Origin: a virus | Taxonomy: Duplodnaviria > Caudoviricetes | Strand: one strand, 5' to 3' | DNA length: 64,000 nucleotides | IMG/VR virus record: IMGVR_UViG_3300031555_004120 | Location: 4,145 to 68,144 of that record | Part shown: positions 9,346 through 19,031 of the stretch, piece after piece | Position numbering within the stretch: the stretch's first letter is position 1 | Layout of the letters: every line of letters starts with the position of its first letter | The notes under the pieces: model-generated | The model's database searches: none | What the model was told of the DNA's origin: nothing | The model's input: only the letters and a program-made list of their open reading frames with translations | Position numbers and translations under genes: made by a program

Positions 9346-11751
9346 TTACATGTCATCATCTATCAACCCATTAACATCAGCACCATCTGAAGCTGCTGGT
9401 AATTTTGCCTGTTCTACATTTACTTTTGCTACTTCTTTAAGTCTGTCTACCAAACCAAAATCAATGTAAGTGTTAAGATGTTCTCTTACATAAAGTTTCT
9501 TAAATTCAGCTTTTACCTCTTCAGATTCTGCTGCCAATTCATCTTCATTGATTTTATCAGCCATCTGAGTTATATTATCAAATAACTGAGAAGTATTTGT
9601 AGTTACTAAATAAGTAGGAGGTGGTAAATTAATCTCAATATAAGAATTATTTTCACCAAATTCGTAATTATAGATCTTGGTATAGATTTTAGAGAAGAAA
9701 GCTTCTGTCTTTCTCTGTCTTGTATAAATACTCTTTAAGAATCGTGTATTAGACATAGTAAATCTGCTAGCAAAATCCTGTTGCATTGTAGAATTTACAA
9801 ATTCCATAGGCATGATTGTATTAACTGCAGCTTCTTCCATCTTATCCATAATCTCAGTTGGAGTCTGAATATCCTGACCCTGCATAACCTCAAACTGGAT
9901 TGGTGGATCTCCTGACTGACCCATAGGAATAATATAATCGTTGTATTTGCCAACTATATTAAGAATATTATTCATACTTTCGATCTGTCTAACACCAAAG
10001 TTGCCCTTTTTAATTTGTTGAACTACGTTCATCATAGTTTTCGCAACGTTTGTTTCTACATTCTGTTTTACATAGAAAACTCTTTTATCAGTAGATCTTG
10101 TAATCTTACCAATAATATCAGTTAAATATAACAGAATATACAACATTGCAGGCATAACAGCTCTTGACAAATCAGAAATACCTCTATGGGTTGTTTCGTT
10201 AAGTTTGAAATAACAGTGAACAATATCTTCTGCAGGAATAAATGATACACCAATATCATTTGATCTTGATACATCAAATTTATCATTGTAATTCAACATT
10301 GCATATATCTCTTCTTTAAGATCTTTATTAGCATTAATAAATTTAGTATCAATACTATGAGAAATTCTCGAAGCAATATATCTAATAGCAAGTTCCTGTT
10401 GATTCTGAGTCATATCCATAGAAACTTTACTACCATTTCCAATCATAGGTGTAGTATGATGACCTCCACAGAATCCACAAGCATTAGGATCTTCTGCAAA
10501 TTCAAAATAATAATAACCAAGACATTTCTTACCAATATATACAGGTAAGATATTTTCTCTCTTGATTCTTTCTACAACTGCACCTAAAAAATTATCATCC
10601 AAATCTTCAGGATTTCTATCCCCACCATTTGCAAGTGTAGTAACAAATAAACCTTCTGAACTATTGCTGTTTTTAGAAAGTTTTCTATTTGTTTTCTTTA
10701 CATTAGCAAACATAGAGTCCATTTTATTACCTTTTTTAGGACCATCTTCTGTTGCTTCAGTAACAGCTTCTCCAAATTCAGAACCAAAGTACATTTCTGC
10801 TACAGAAGTAAACATTTCAACATCTTTCTTACTTTCAAGAATACATACTTCATGGATACCAGAAGGAATAACACCAGTCATGTTGAAATGAAGTTTAACT
10901 TCTCCACATTTAGGCATATCCTTAGATACAGCAGAATCCTCTTCATTTATAATAAGAGGTTTTACAGTCTCAACAAAGGTTGTAAATTCACTGGATTTTT
11001 CAAATCCTGATTCAAGACAAGATACTTCTTCATATCCTTCAAATAGACTAATTTGTCCAACTCTTGATCCTTTATTTACTCTATATTTCTGCTTGTTAAA
11101 TAATCTTGCAAATGCTGTTCTGTAAGGTACAATATATATGAAATCCTCGCCATACTTTGACGCATTCATATAAGTCTGATCAAGGAATTCAGTAATATCA
11201 TATTCTTTTTCAATTCTTTTCGTGTTAGTTGAAAACTTTAAGTTTTCATCTTTAGAAGACTTATTAGATTTCGGATTAACAAAAGATTTTGAAAAGTTAT
11301 CAGAACACAGAACATTATCTCTTTTTATTTCAAGAGCATCCTGTAATCTTGGCAAATACTTACAAATCATATCATAATTATAATTCTGACCTGCGATATA
11401 ATTATGAATAGTATCATTTGCAAATAATGATCCAATTAAGTTCTGATCATTAAACAAATCCTGTACACTACTCATCAATTTTGTAGTATTAGATTCACCA
11501 GTTTTGTCTATTCTTCTTAAAAGTTCAGACATACTTGAAACCGATGCATCCATACCCTGCAATTTGTCAATAGCAGTATCGAGACCATCAATCATACTAT
11601 CAAGATTCTGTTTATTATCAGGTCTAGAAATATAAATATCTTTATATAATCCATCCATTCTCTGATCGAGTAAATCTAATTTGTGTGATACTCCTCTACT
11701 AGAAATTCTTCTAATACCTCTAGTATCAGGACCTTGTGTAATTACTGGCAC
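9346..11751 (-). CDS. Portal protein, T4 gp20-like, with a large acidic insertion
   Basis: RSTDKRVFYVKQ resembles gp20 RAPERRIFYID; LQDALEIKRDNVL resembles the gp20 N-terminal helix; lies next to terL. Confidence 0.75.
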   Translation of the reverse strand: MPVITQGPDTRGIRRISSRGVSHKLDLLDQRMDGLYKDIYISRPDNKQNLDSMIDGLDTAIDKLQGMDASVSSMSELLRRIDKTGESNTTKLMSSVQDLFNDQNLIGSLFANDTIHNYIAGQNYNYDMICKYLPRLQDALEIKRDNVLCSDNFSKSFVNPKSNKSSKDENLKFSTNTKRIEKEYDITEFLDQTYMNASKYGEDFIYIVPYRTAFARLFNKQKYRVNKGSRVGQISLFEGYEEVSCLESGFEKSSEFTTFVETVKPLIINEEDSAVSKDMPKCGEVKLHFNMTGVIPSGIHEVCILESKKDVEMFTSVAEMYFGSEFGEAVTEATEDGPKKGNKMDSMFANVKKTNRKLSKNSNSSEGLFVTTLANGGDRNPEDLDDNFLGAVVERIKRENILPVYIGKKCLGYYYFEFAEDPNACGFCGGHHTTPMIGNGSKVSMDMTQNQQELAIRYIASRISHSIDTKFINANKDLKEEIYAMLNYNDKFDVSRSNDIGVSFIPAEDIVHCYFKLNETTHRGISDLSRAVMPAMLYILLYLTDIIGKITRSTDKRVFYVKQNVETNVAKTMMNVVQQIKKGNFGVRQIESMNNILNIVGKYNDYIIPMGQSGDPPIQFEVMQGQDIQTPTEIMDKMEEAAVNTIMPMEFVNSTMQQDFASRFTMSNTRFLKSIYTRQRKTEAFFSKIYTKIYNYEFGENNSYIEINLPPPTYLVTTNTSQLFDNITQMADKINEDELAAESEEVKAEFKKLYVREHLNTYIDFGLVDRLKEVAKVNVEQAKLPAASDGADVNGLIDDDM

Positions 11752-11917
11752 AGTCTTCTCCTCCTTTCAGATAATTAATAATATGTGAAATTATCTAACT
11801 TTGCTTGATAACGAAATCAAATCTCATTACAGGAGTGTTTTATTAGTCATTTATGAAACGAATAAAATGGGGTGGAGATATTACTCTCCACCCCATTTAT
11901 TATATGCTCATAATTGA

Positions 11918-12811
11918 TTATACACCCTGAGCAGCTGATACTAACTTCTCAACTTTATCAGGACTAGAACCGTTCATGATACCATACTTGTAATCTGCAG
12001 AATCAAGAACAGTAGGATTAAGCTTATTACCATTAATGTCATTAGACATATTAACAGTGCCACCATACTGAACAACAGAGTTGTTGACATTAACTCCAAC
12101 ACCTGTGATTTCATGCTCAAGCAGATACTTAGCAGCCTTATCTACTTCATATCCATAAATAGGGAAACAGTTAAACTCAATAGTCATTTCCTTGTTAGAA
12201 ATGTTATCACGAGAACCGTTGTACATAGAAAGTTCAGCTCTTGTAAGCTGGCAGTTTGCAAGCAATACTGCACGCTCAAGTCTAAGCATTGTATTATCTG
12301 TTACATAATACATCAAAGTGAATACTTCGTTTTCAAGACCCGGAGGTAAGATATTGTCAGCGATAAGACCATGATAAGTCTTAGCCTGAGTCTTAGGATC
12401 CTTGATACCAGTCAAGTAATACTCAGAGAACTTAGTAATCAATCCACCAGCTTTTTCAAAGTACTGCATAGAAACTGTTGTAGAAGTTTCCATTGTAACC
12501 TTGTTAATCATTCTCTGGCTGTTGATACCATCAGTAATCTCGAAAGTATCAGCCTGAAGATCAGGAAGACCATCCATACCACGGAACTCAAACTCAAGCA
12601 TGTGTCTGAAGTTCTTACACATCTGGTCCATAGAAGCATTCTTCTCCAAGAATGTAGGCATCTGGAGAACACTCAGGAACTGATAACCAGATTCATACTG
12701 GTTAAACTGTCCAATCTGGCTAAAGTCTGTAACTCCTCTGTATGCTGTATACTGAGTCAGATTACGAGGAGTAACAGTATAGTTATTGAAAATTCCATTG
12801 TTTACTGCCAT
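11918..12811 (-). CDS. Tail tube protein
   Basis: Immediately downstream of the sheath gene; ~300 aa, beta-rich, highly expressed codon usage. Confidence 0.7.
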   Translation of the reverse strand: MAVNNGIFNNYTVTPRNLTQYTAYRGVTDFSQIGQFNQYESGYQFLSVLQMPTFLEKNASMDQMCKNFRHMLEFEFRGMDGLPDLQADTFEITDGINSQRMINKVTMETSTTVSMQYFEKAGGLITKFSEYYLTGIKDPKTQAKTYHGLIADNILPPGLENEVFTLMYYVTDNTMLRLERAVLLANCQLTRAELSMYNGSRDNISNKEMTIEFNCFPIYGYEVDKAAKYLLEHEITGVGVNVNNSVVQYGGTVNMSNDINGNKLNPTVLDSADYKYGIMNGSSPDKVEKLVSAAQGV

Positions 12812-12829
12812 GACTATTTACTCCTTTCC

Positions 12830-14557
12830 TTAATCATTATTGATCGCATATACATCAAAGATTTCTGTCTGAGCCCAATTAAGGAATGCAAACTCGATAG
12901 ATGCATAGAAGATCTTCTCTCTTGTCTTAAGAGGATCCTGAGTATATACGAAGTTTAATACAGCGAAGTTAGTTACAAAGTTGCTGAGAACATTGCTAAC
13001 TGCCTTAGCATAGTTACTAAGATCATTAGTCGTAGACAGAGTATATCTCTGCTTAGGACAAGCAGTTCTAACAGCACGAAGAACTCTCTGGATAGCAACT
13101 ACGTTGTTGATGAAGCTGAGCTGAGTATACTTAACCTGACTAGAATAGCAAAGCTGAGCAACACAATTATCATCTTCGAATACAGCGTAGTTAATACGCA
13201 ACTCTTCGATAGCACTCTTGTAGTTAATCTTCTTTGTATTAACCGGAGTAAAGTTAATAGTACCCTTGATAGCTTCTTTCAAGATAAATCCATTTGCACT
13301 TCCACACATAGGAGCATAAGGATTCTTAGCAATATGGTTAACCATTAAAGGAGCCATATCATAAAGCATAGTTACTTCGATATTCTTCTTAGTCTCAGGA
13401 TCTTTTACAAGATAACTTGTAGCGTAGTCTGCTGTAAAGTAGTTACGCTGTTCGATATACTTGTTGTGAGCTGCTTCGATTTCGATGAAAGTCTTAAGAC
13501 CTACACCGTAGTCTCTTAAATAGCAGCAGTCCTTTCTGAACTCAACGAATTCAAAGATTGCTTTCTTAACAGAATCAGGATAATTTGCATCACAAACCAA
13601 AGCGATCTTGTGAGCGTCAACATCCCAAACTTCATCACTGAAGTTTCCATAGAATACATCAGCGATAGCTTCTGCCCAAGCTTCAGTTCCAACAGGAGCA
13701 TCACCAAACGCACCATTAGAACCTTCAGCCAACATAATACCATTTTCTGCATCAAGATCTACAGACTCTTTATCAAGAGTAAATCCATCAATAGCAGAAC
13801 CGGAATTGGTATAACCATACACAAGGTCATAACCTCTCAAATCTGCAGGCTCCATAGCTAAAGCATCAGCCAAAACAGTGAGATAATTTTCATAAATATC
13901 GTCCGAAACAACACCGCTAATCTGAACATTGGTGAACTTATCAAGACCATATGCAACATTTGCATAGATCAAAGTAGGATCCAATGAAATAGTGGTCTGC
14001 TCGATAATCTTAGATCCTTCATATACAACGAGAGTATACAAAGTAGCTCCTACCGTCTTAGAAGTAGAATAATCAGGGTTCAGTCTGATTGACTTGTTGG
14101 ATACACCTCTACCATTATCAGTGTAGATAAAGAGAGGATATACAGAGCCTTCAACATAGAGGGCTTCTGCTGCTTTTACTACATCGTCGTAAGTTGTACA
14201 TCCAGTAATACTCTGAGATGTCCACTTAACAGTTACTCCATCATCACCACTAGTAACGTTAGCACATAATACAACGTTAGCTAATGTAGAATCCTTAGCA
14301 ACTACACGCTTAGCATAAAGCTTTCCGCCAGCATCAACAATTCTTTTTGCCTGGATTGCACTCTGTCCATGACGACTAAAGCTCATAGTTCCATACATAG
14401 CAGTGAAATCGTTACCAGAGATTTCTACAAGATCTTCAGTTCCCTTATCAGCAGAAAATACCTGCATAAATAAAGGAGCATCATCTGTAACAACAGTGTC
14501 CTGTTTTCTGATAATCTCTGACTGATCATGCCAATTATAAATTGTATCAGGATACAT
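12830..14557 (-). CDS. Tail sheath protein
   Basis: 575 aa; sheath-like C-terminus (LSFINNVVAIQRVLRAV...YASIEFAF); N-terminal MYPDT and RVVA motif. Confidence 0.8.
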   Translation of the reverse strand: MYPDTIYNWHDQSEIIRKQDTVVTDDAPLFMQVFSADKGTEDLVEISGNDFTAMYGTMSFSRHGQSAIQAKRIVDAGGKLYAKRVVAKDSTLANVVLCANVTSGDDGVTVKWTSQSITGCTTYDDVVKAAEALYVEGSVYPLFIYTDNGRGVSNKSIRLNPDYSTSKTVGATLYTLVVYEGSKIIEQTTISLDPTLIYANVAYGLDKFTNVQISGVVSDDIYENYLTVLADALAMEPADLRGYDLVYGYTNSGSAIDGFTLDKESVDLDAENGIMLAEGSNGAFGDAPVGTEAWAEAIADVFYGNFSDEVWDVDAHKIALVCDANYPDSVKKAIFEFVEFRKDCCYLRDYGVGLKTFIEIEAAHNKYIEQRNYFTADYATSYLVKDPETKKNIEVTMLYDMAPLMVNHIAKNPYAPMCGSANGFILKEAIKGTINFTPVNTKKINYKSAIEELRINYAVFEDDNCVAQLCYSSQVKYTQLSFINNVVAIQRVLRAVRTACPKQRYTLSTTNDLSNYAKAVSNVLSNFVTNFAVLNFVYTQDPLKTREKIFYASIEFAFLNWAQTEIFDVYAINND

Positions 14558-14700
14558 CCTTTTGTCCTCCTTAATAAATTTTTTTAAACTTTGCGTTTAT
14601 TAGTTTAAGCTACACATTTTCTTGAGAAATAACATGTAGATTTTATATACATGTTAAAAAATATTCCCTGGACCTAATCAGTCCAGGGAATATTAAAACA

Positions 14701-15444
14701 TTACTGAGTCATAACCTTTTCAAGAGGTGATAAAGGTGCATTTTCCTTATCTTTCATTAATACTGCAGCTCTTACAGACTCATCCCAGTTTTCGGATGTA
14801 ATAGCTGTATAAGGAGAAATATACTTAGGAACAATACGAATATCAATTGGTGTATAATCATTCATATTCTTCATATCTGTAGCACAGAATGGTCTTGTAA
14901 TATCATTCTTATCTCTTGATATGGAAGCAATTAAAATACCGAATAATTGTACATTCATACCATATGAGAAACCATTCAGCTTAGCAGATTCAAAATATAA
15001 TTCCCACAGCTTATCATAAGGAATAGTTGTAGGAATCTTTGCTGTCATAATAGCCATTTTGAAGAAGATTTCTACATTATCAATTAACTGAGGTACTTTG
15101 GTACTTGTTACAACTTCATCACCTTTTCTGAACTTGAGCAGCATATAGTCAGAAGGTTCGGTATTATCTAATTTAAGATTTTTAACCTTTTCTATTTCAT
15201 AAGGTTTACAAATCATCATAGTAGGGAAAGTAAAAGGTTTAATTTCACTACGCTTTCCTTTTTCATCTATAATAGCCCAATTACATACTCCTATAAAGGA
15301 TACATATTCACCGATAATAACTGCTATATTTACCTTTGACGTATTATTGAAGTAATTAGCAGGTACATAAAATACAAAGGTAGAATTGTCCTGATTGAAT
15401 ATAAGGGAATTTCCTTCTTTTTTCAAAAAACTTGGCAAATTCAT
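14701..15444 (-). CDS. Probable C-terminal fragment of multisubunit RNA polymerase beta-prime
   Basis: NGFSYGMNVQLFGILIASISRD resembles QGVKINDKHIEVIVRQMLR; SPYTAITSENWDESVRAAV...SPLEKV resembles [20 protein letters not shown]...GLKENV of bacterial beta-prime. Confidence 0.55.
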   Translation of the reverse strand: MNLPSFLKKEGNSLIFNQDNSTFVFYVPANYFNNTSKVNIAVIIGEYVSFIGVCNWAIIDEKGKRSEIKPFTFPTMMICKPYEIEKVKNLKLDNTEPSDYMLLKFRKGDEVVTSTKVPQLIDNVEIFFKMAIMTAKIPTTIPYDKLWELYFESAKLNGFSYGMNVQLFGILIASISRDKNDITRPFCATDMKNMNDYTPIDIRIVPKYISPYTAITSENWDESVRAAVLMKDKENAPLSPLEKVMTQ

Positions 15445-15538
15445 ATTTTTGAACTCCTTCCTGATAAATTATTTATAAGTTCTGGATATTGATAATTAAG
15501 CGAAAAACACCTAGAGGCTGCAAACCTCTAGGTGTCCA

Positions 15539-15715
15539 TTATTTTTTAATTATTCCGTCTTCAATTATTTCAACTACTCCAGCAGCTATAGCAGCAAGAA
15601 GAAGCATTATAGCATTTCCATCTTCCTGACCATCTGTGCTTTCATAATTATATGAACGATCTTCTGTAGATTGCAATCCTGATATCTTTCGAATACCATT
15701 GGCTATCAAACCCAT
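15539..15715 (-). CDS. Small hypothetical protein, 58 aa (not in ORF track)
   Basis: GGAGG RBS; MGLIANGIRKISGLQ...AAIAAGVVEIIEDGIIKK; terminator follows. Confidence 0.55.
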   Translation of the reverse strand: MGLIANGIRKISGLQSTEDRSYNYESTDGQEDGNAIMLLLAAIAAGVVEIIEDGIIKK

Positions 15716-15724
15716 ATAGACCTC

Positions 15725-16249
15725 CTATTCTTCGTCATCAGAACCACCTAAATATTTAGGACATTTTGATGAACTAACAAGCTTTGTATATCCTAACGTA
15801 GGAACCTTCTTTGTAGAACCAGGATTATCCTTATCGGGAATAAGTTTTTCTGTAGCTTTGATAGGTTTTGTAAAAAGACTTGCATCTGTATCTGCTGACT
15901 GAATAATAGTAATCTTTCTACCAGTAGACATATATACATTCATAAAGTCTCTCATATTACCAAGCAAGAAATTAGAATCTTTCTTAGTAAATTCATAATT
16001 CTCTGCCAGATGCATAGAATCTTTACTATCAAGTCCTGTGGCTCCACTGATTACATTTTTAACAAATTTTACTGCTTCATCATGAGGTGATCTTTGTCCA
16101 ATATAACCCTGTGTCTTGTCATAAACACCAAGGCTAAACTCTTTGTCGTTAAGCATAGAAGTCATTACTCTAACTTCATCTACTTTATTAATAGCTACCT
16201 GACTTGTACTCTTTCTAATATCATATACTAACTGCTCTAATTCTGTCAT
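15725..16249 (-). CDS. Hypothetical protein
   Basis: 174-aa ORF with AGGAG RBS. Confidence 0.6.
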   Translation of the reverse strand: MTELEQLVYDIRKSTSQVAINKVDEVRVMTSMLNDKEFSLGVYDKTQGYIGQRSPHDEAVKFVKNVISGATGLDSKDSMHLAENYEFTKKDSNFLLGNMRDFMNVYMSTGRKITIIQSADTDASLFTKPIKATEKLIPDKDNPGSTKKVPTLGYTKLVSSSKCPKYLGGSDDEE

Positions 16250-16291
16250 TGTTTTATTCTCCTATTCTTTCTTCTTGGTGTTGTTTAAAAA

Positions 16292-16579
16292 TTAATAATT
16301 TGCATCCATAATTTTATCTTCATCTTTTTCATCGATATCTTCAACTTCTGCGTTTAAATAAACTGTTTCAATCTCATCACCATGATTAGCTCCAGCTATA
16401 AACTTTGCAAAAATCTCCATAATATCTTCAGCAGAAAGATATATAGATACAGGCATTACTCTGGAAATATTTCCTTTTTTCTCAACTTCAACATTTTGAA
16501 CAATTCTTACCCCATTATTCCCTATTGTAACTTCTGCAAATTTATCTTCAGGAATATCTGAATTATTAAACTTAGCCAT
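16292..16579 (-). CDS. Hypothetical acidic protein
   Basis: Start refined to ATG 16579 (AGGAGG RBS); 95 aa. Confidence 0.55.
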   Translation of the reverse strand: MAKFNNSDIPEDKFAEVTIGNNGVRIVQNVEVEKKGNISRVMPVSIYLSAEDIMEIFAKFIAGANHGDEIETVYLNAEVEDIDEKDEDKIMDANY

Positions 16580-16739
16580 TTTCTTTTTCCTCCTTTTCAA
16601 AATTTTCTTTGTCTACAAACATTATTGGACAAATTGTTTTTGGACCTTTTCCATTCTCCATCATGAATTTTTTGATCTGTTTAGAATCATTTAGACACAG
16701 TAACTCGAAAAAGGTGTCTATTTTTTCAGTTTTAGCCAT
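16572..16739 (-). CDS. Small hypothetical protein, 55 aa (not in ORF track)
   Basis: MAKTEKIDTFFELLCLNDSKQIKKF...; AAGG RBS; overlaps the start of the next gene. Confidence 0.5.
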   Translation of the reverse strand: MAKTEKIDTFFELLCLNDSKQIKKFMMENGKGPKTICPIMFVDKENFEKEEKENG

Positions 16740-16799
16740 TTTTCAATACCTTTCTACATCGGTTTGCTTGCAATCTTTTAACTATATGTACCCTTGAGT

Positions 16800-17400
16800 G
16801 TAAAAATTAATCTGCTCATTTTTTCGTATAAGCATCAGATTAGGTATTATTATATAATATAATAGGATAACCACCATATATTATAGATAATTTTTTAAAT
16901 GGTAATTTAGTGAAGTAAACTACTAATAAAATAGTTGTTTAGAAATTCTAAATACCCTAAAGCACAGTAACTATAATGGGAGTTTTATCAAAATGATAAA
17001 AAATAGCTTAAAAGCGAGATCTAAATAGGTTTCTCATAGTAACTCTATTTCTAAATGATTTCTAAATAATGAAGAAACTACTATAAATACTGGATAAATT
17101 GATATTTTTAACTTTTTTAGCACAGTTAGTTTTTCTCGAAATTGATCGATTTTTAAAACAATTTTACTTCACTAAATTACCATTTTAAAAATAAAAATTT
17201 CGAGATGGCAAAAATTACCATATTTTTTCAAAAAATAAAAATTTGTAATTAGCCCATTTCTGGGCTAATTATGATTATTTTTTGAGTTACTGTGCTTTTT
17301 CAGAAAATTATTTAGAAAAACGGAGAAATGTTAAATCATTATTAAGAATTATTTATATTTATTAAAATTTTTTAACGAAATTTTATATAGTTACTTACAC
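16800..17400. other. AT-rich non-coding region with long inverted repeats (candidate replication origin or partition site)
   Basis: Perfect 23-bp inverted repeat at 16897-16919 and 17163-17185; 12-mer AGCACAGTAACT at 16961-16972 and inverted at 17285-17296; sits at a transcription divergence point. Confidence 0.45.
17331..17343 (-). repeat. Cassette site 1 (AATAATGATTTAA), followed by only an 11-codon frame
   Basis: One mismatch to the consensus; back-to-back with the site at 17422. Confidence 0.55.
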
Positions 17401-17421
17401 TGTAAAATTCTACCAATATAT

Positions 17422-17434
17422 AATAATGATTTAG
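17422..17434 (+). repeat. Cassette site 2 (AATAATGATTTAG)
   Basis: Exact consensus, preceded by TATAT. Confidence 0.85.
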
Positions 17435-17664
17435 TTGGTTATGATGGATCATTAAAAATACATGATATAATTGTATCTAAAGATAATGGAGAATCTTATA
17501 TTTCTTTAAATTATAATCCTGGAGGAATTGGCTATTTAATAGGTCAAGTAAATTCTAATGGATCTATAAGTAGAATTGTAATAGATGGAAACAAACTCAT
17601 ATTTCAATATTTTTCTGATATTTCAACTTTTGTTGGGCAAACAATTATAGCAGAAATTATATAA
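17422..17664 (+). other. Startless cassette A, 80 aa (NNDLVGYDGSLKIHDIIVSKDNG...QTIIAEII)
   Basis: Stop-free frame from the site; no ATG/GTG/TTG or RBS upstream in frame; its stop codon lies inside the next site. Confidence 0.7.
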
Positions 17665-17675
17665 TAATGATTTAG
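17663..17675 (+). repeat. Cassette site 3 (AATAATGATTTAG)
   Basis: Shares 18 identical nt (TATATAATAATGATTTAG) with site 2. Confidence 0.85.
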
Positions 17676-17950
17676 CATCAATTGCAGGTATGAATGATGG
17701 TATTAAACTTAGAGTAAAAACTGGAACAAATACTTTAACGTCAATATTTTCAAACTTAAATCCTCCAGCTATTTGTTTTTGTAGCACTGAGAATATAACA
17801 GATAAACCATCTGGAAAATATGGTACAGTTCTTATAATGAAAGCTTCAGATAATAGAATGAGTGCAATTTGTATTACTATAGACGGATTATGTTATATTA
17901 ATTCTTATAATACGTCTACTTCTGATTTAACTGGTTGGAAATCATTATAA
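17663..17950 (+). other. Startless cassette B, 95 aa, tail-fibre tip-like (NNDLASIAGMNDG...PSGKYGTVLIMK...LTGWKSL)
   Basis: The track ORF 17690-17950 extends in frame to the site; the internal ATG has no convincing RBS; P-x-G-x-Y-G...GW-K end is typical of phage fibre C-terminal domains. Confidence 0.75.
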
Positions 17951-18047
17951 TATAATATCCAGATAGGTTTTAAAACCTATCTGGGCTTTTACTTGTGAAT
18001 AATTTAATTTGATTATATATTATATTTATAGAAAGGAAAAGCAGTTT

Positions 18048-18521
18048 ATGATTTTTGATACTTATAAAGAAATTATAATTGAAGAAGATAGTATAAAAAA
18101 CCTACAGTATGTTTTACATATAAGAGACGACAAATCATTAGATATAGAACTATTAGATTTTAATAAAAAGTATTTTGGTTCTATAAATACCATTATTGCT
18201 AGAAATAAAGATGATGAATCTATAAAATGTATTTATATTGAAGATGTTAGAACTAACTATATTAACCAAGGAAATGGTACACTTTTATTACAAAGATTAA
18301 TTAAATATTGTAAAGAAAACGATATTGATTTTATTTATGGAAATTTATCCAGATTTGATTATGAAGATCACCAAGAAAGATTAATTCATTTCTATATAAA
18401 GAACGGTTTTGAAGTTCTTATATTTCCTAAAATAAGTAATAATGGAATCGATGTGGGTCAGATAAAATATAATGTAAAAGGTGGTGATAATAATGAAAAA
18501 GCTTATAGTAGGAAAGACTAA
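18048..18521 (+). CDS. GNAT-family acetyltransferase
   Basis: Acetyl-CoA-binding motif YINQGNGTLLLQRLI and LIHFYIKNGF; early-type promoter upstream. Confidence 0.75.
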   Translation: MIFDTYKEIIIEEDSIKNLQYVLHIRDDKSLDIELLDFNKKYFGSINTIIARNKDDESIKCIYIEDVRTNYINQGNGTLLLQRLIKYCKENDIDFIYGNLSRFDYEDHQERLIHFYIKNGFEVLIFPKISNNGIDVGQIKYNVKGGDNNEKAYSRKD

Positions 18522-18756
18522 AGTTTCGAAATATTTTGCTATATACAAATGTCCTATATGTAATACTCTTATGAAAACAACAAATAATCCTATTGAAATA
18601 CCTGCAGAGGAAATACCTAATTTGTTAGCAAAAGTTATTAGAAACCAATCTTTTATAGGTAATCCTTATTTATATGAAGCTCCGATGCATATACCTCATA
18701 ATTGTTCTAATGGAGATTTTGGATTAGCTCAATTTGCTGGATTTAAAAGAATATAA
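18493..18756 (+). CDS. Small Zn-binding protein (paralog 1)
   Basis: CPIC...HNC...FGLAQFAGF. Confidence 0.6.
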   Translation: MKKLIVGKTKVSKYFAIYKCPICNTLMKTTNNPIEIPAEEIPNLLAKVIRNQSFIGNPYLYEAPMHIPHNCSNGDFGLAQFAGFKRI

Positions 18757-18771
18757 AAGGTGGTGATAATA

Positions 18772-19008
18772 ATGGCTGAAGTAATACAGCGTCCAATGAA
18801 ATGGTATCCGATTTATAGATGTGGTATATGTAAACATTGTATATCATATAAAACACAAACTGCTGAAATGAAACCTGAACAATTAGAAGATGAAATGGCT
18901 AAGGTTGTTTCAGGACACTATAAAGACAAGATTCCTATGTATGTTACACATAAATGCTCTCATGAGCATTTTGGATTAGCAACTTTTGTAGGTTTTGAGA
19001 GAGTATAA
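18772..19008 (+). CDS. Small Zn-binding protein (paralog 2)
   Basis: CGIC...HKC...FGLATFVGF; same AAAGGTGGTGATAATAATG RBS context as paralog 1. Confidence 0.6.
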   Translation: MAEVIQRPMKWYPIYRCGICKHCISYKTQTAEMKPEQLEDEMAKVVSGHYKDKIPMYVTHKCSHEHFGLATFVGFERV

Positions 19009-19031
19009 AAAGGAGGAAAGAGGTAATTATT

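Noticed and set aside
17939-17949. Partial minus-strand site (TATAATGATTT) at the end of cassette B
   Set aside because: Lacks the AG arm, is explained by the GWKSL-stop coding sequence, and opens no useful frame; not counted as a site.
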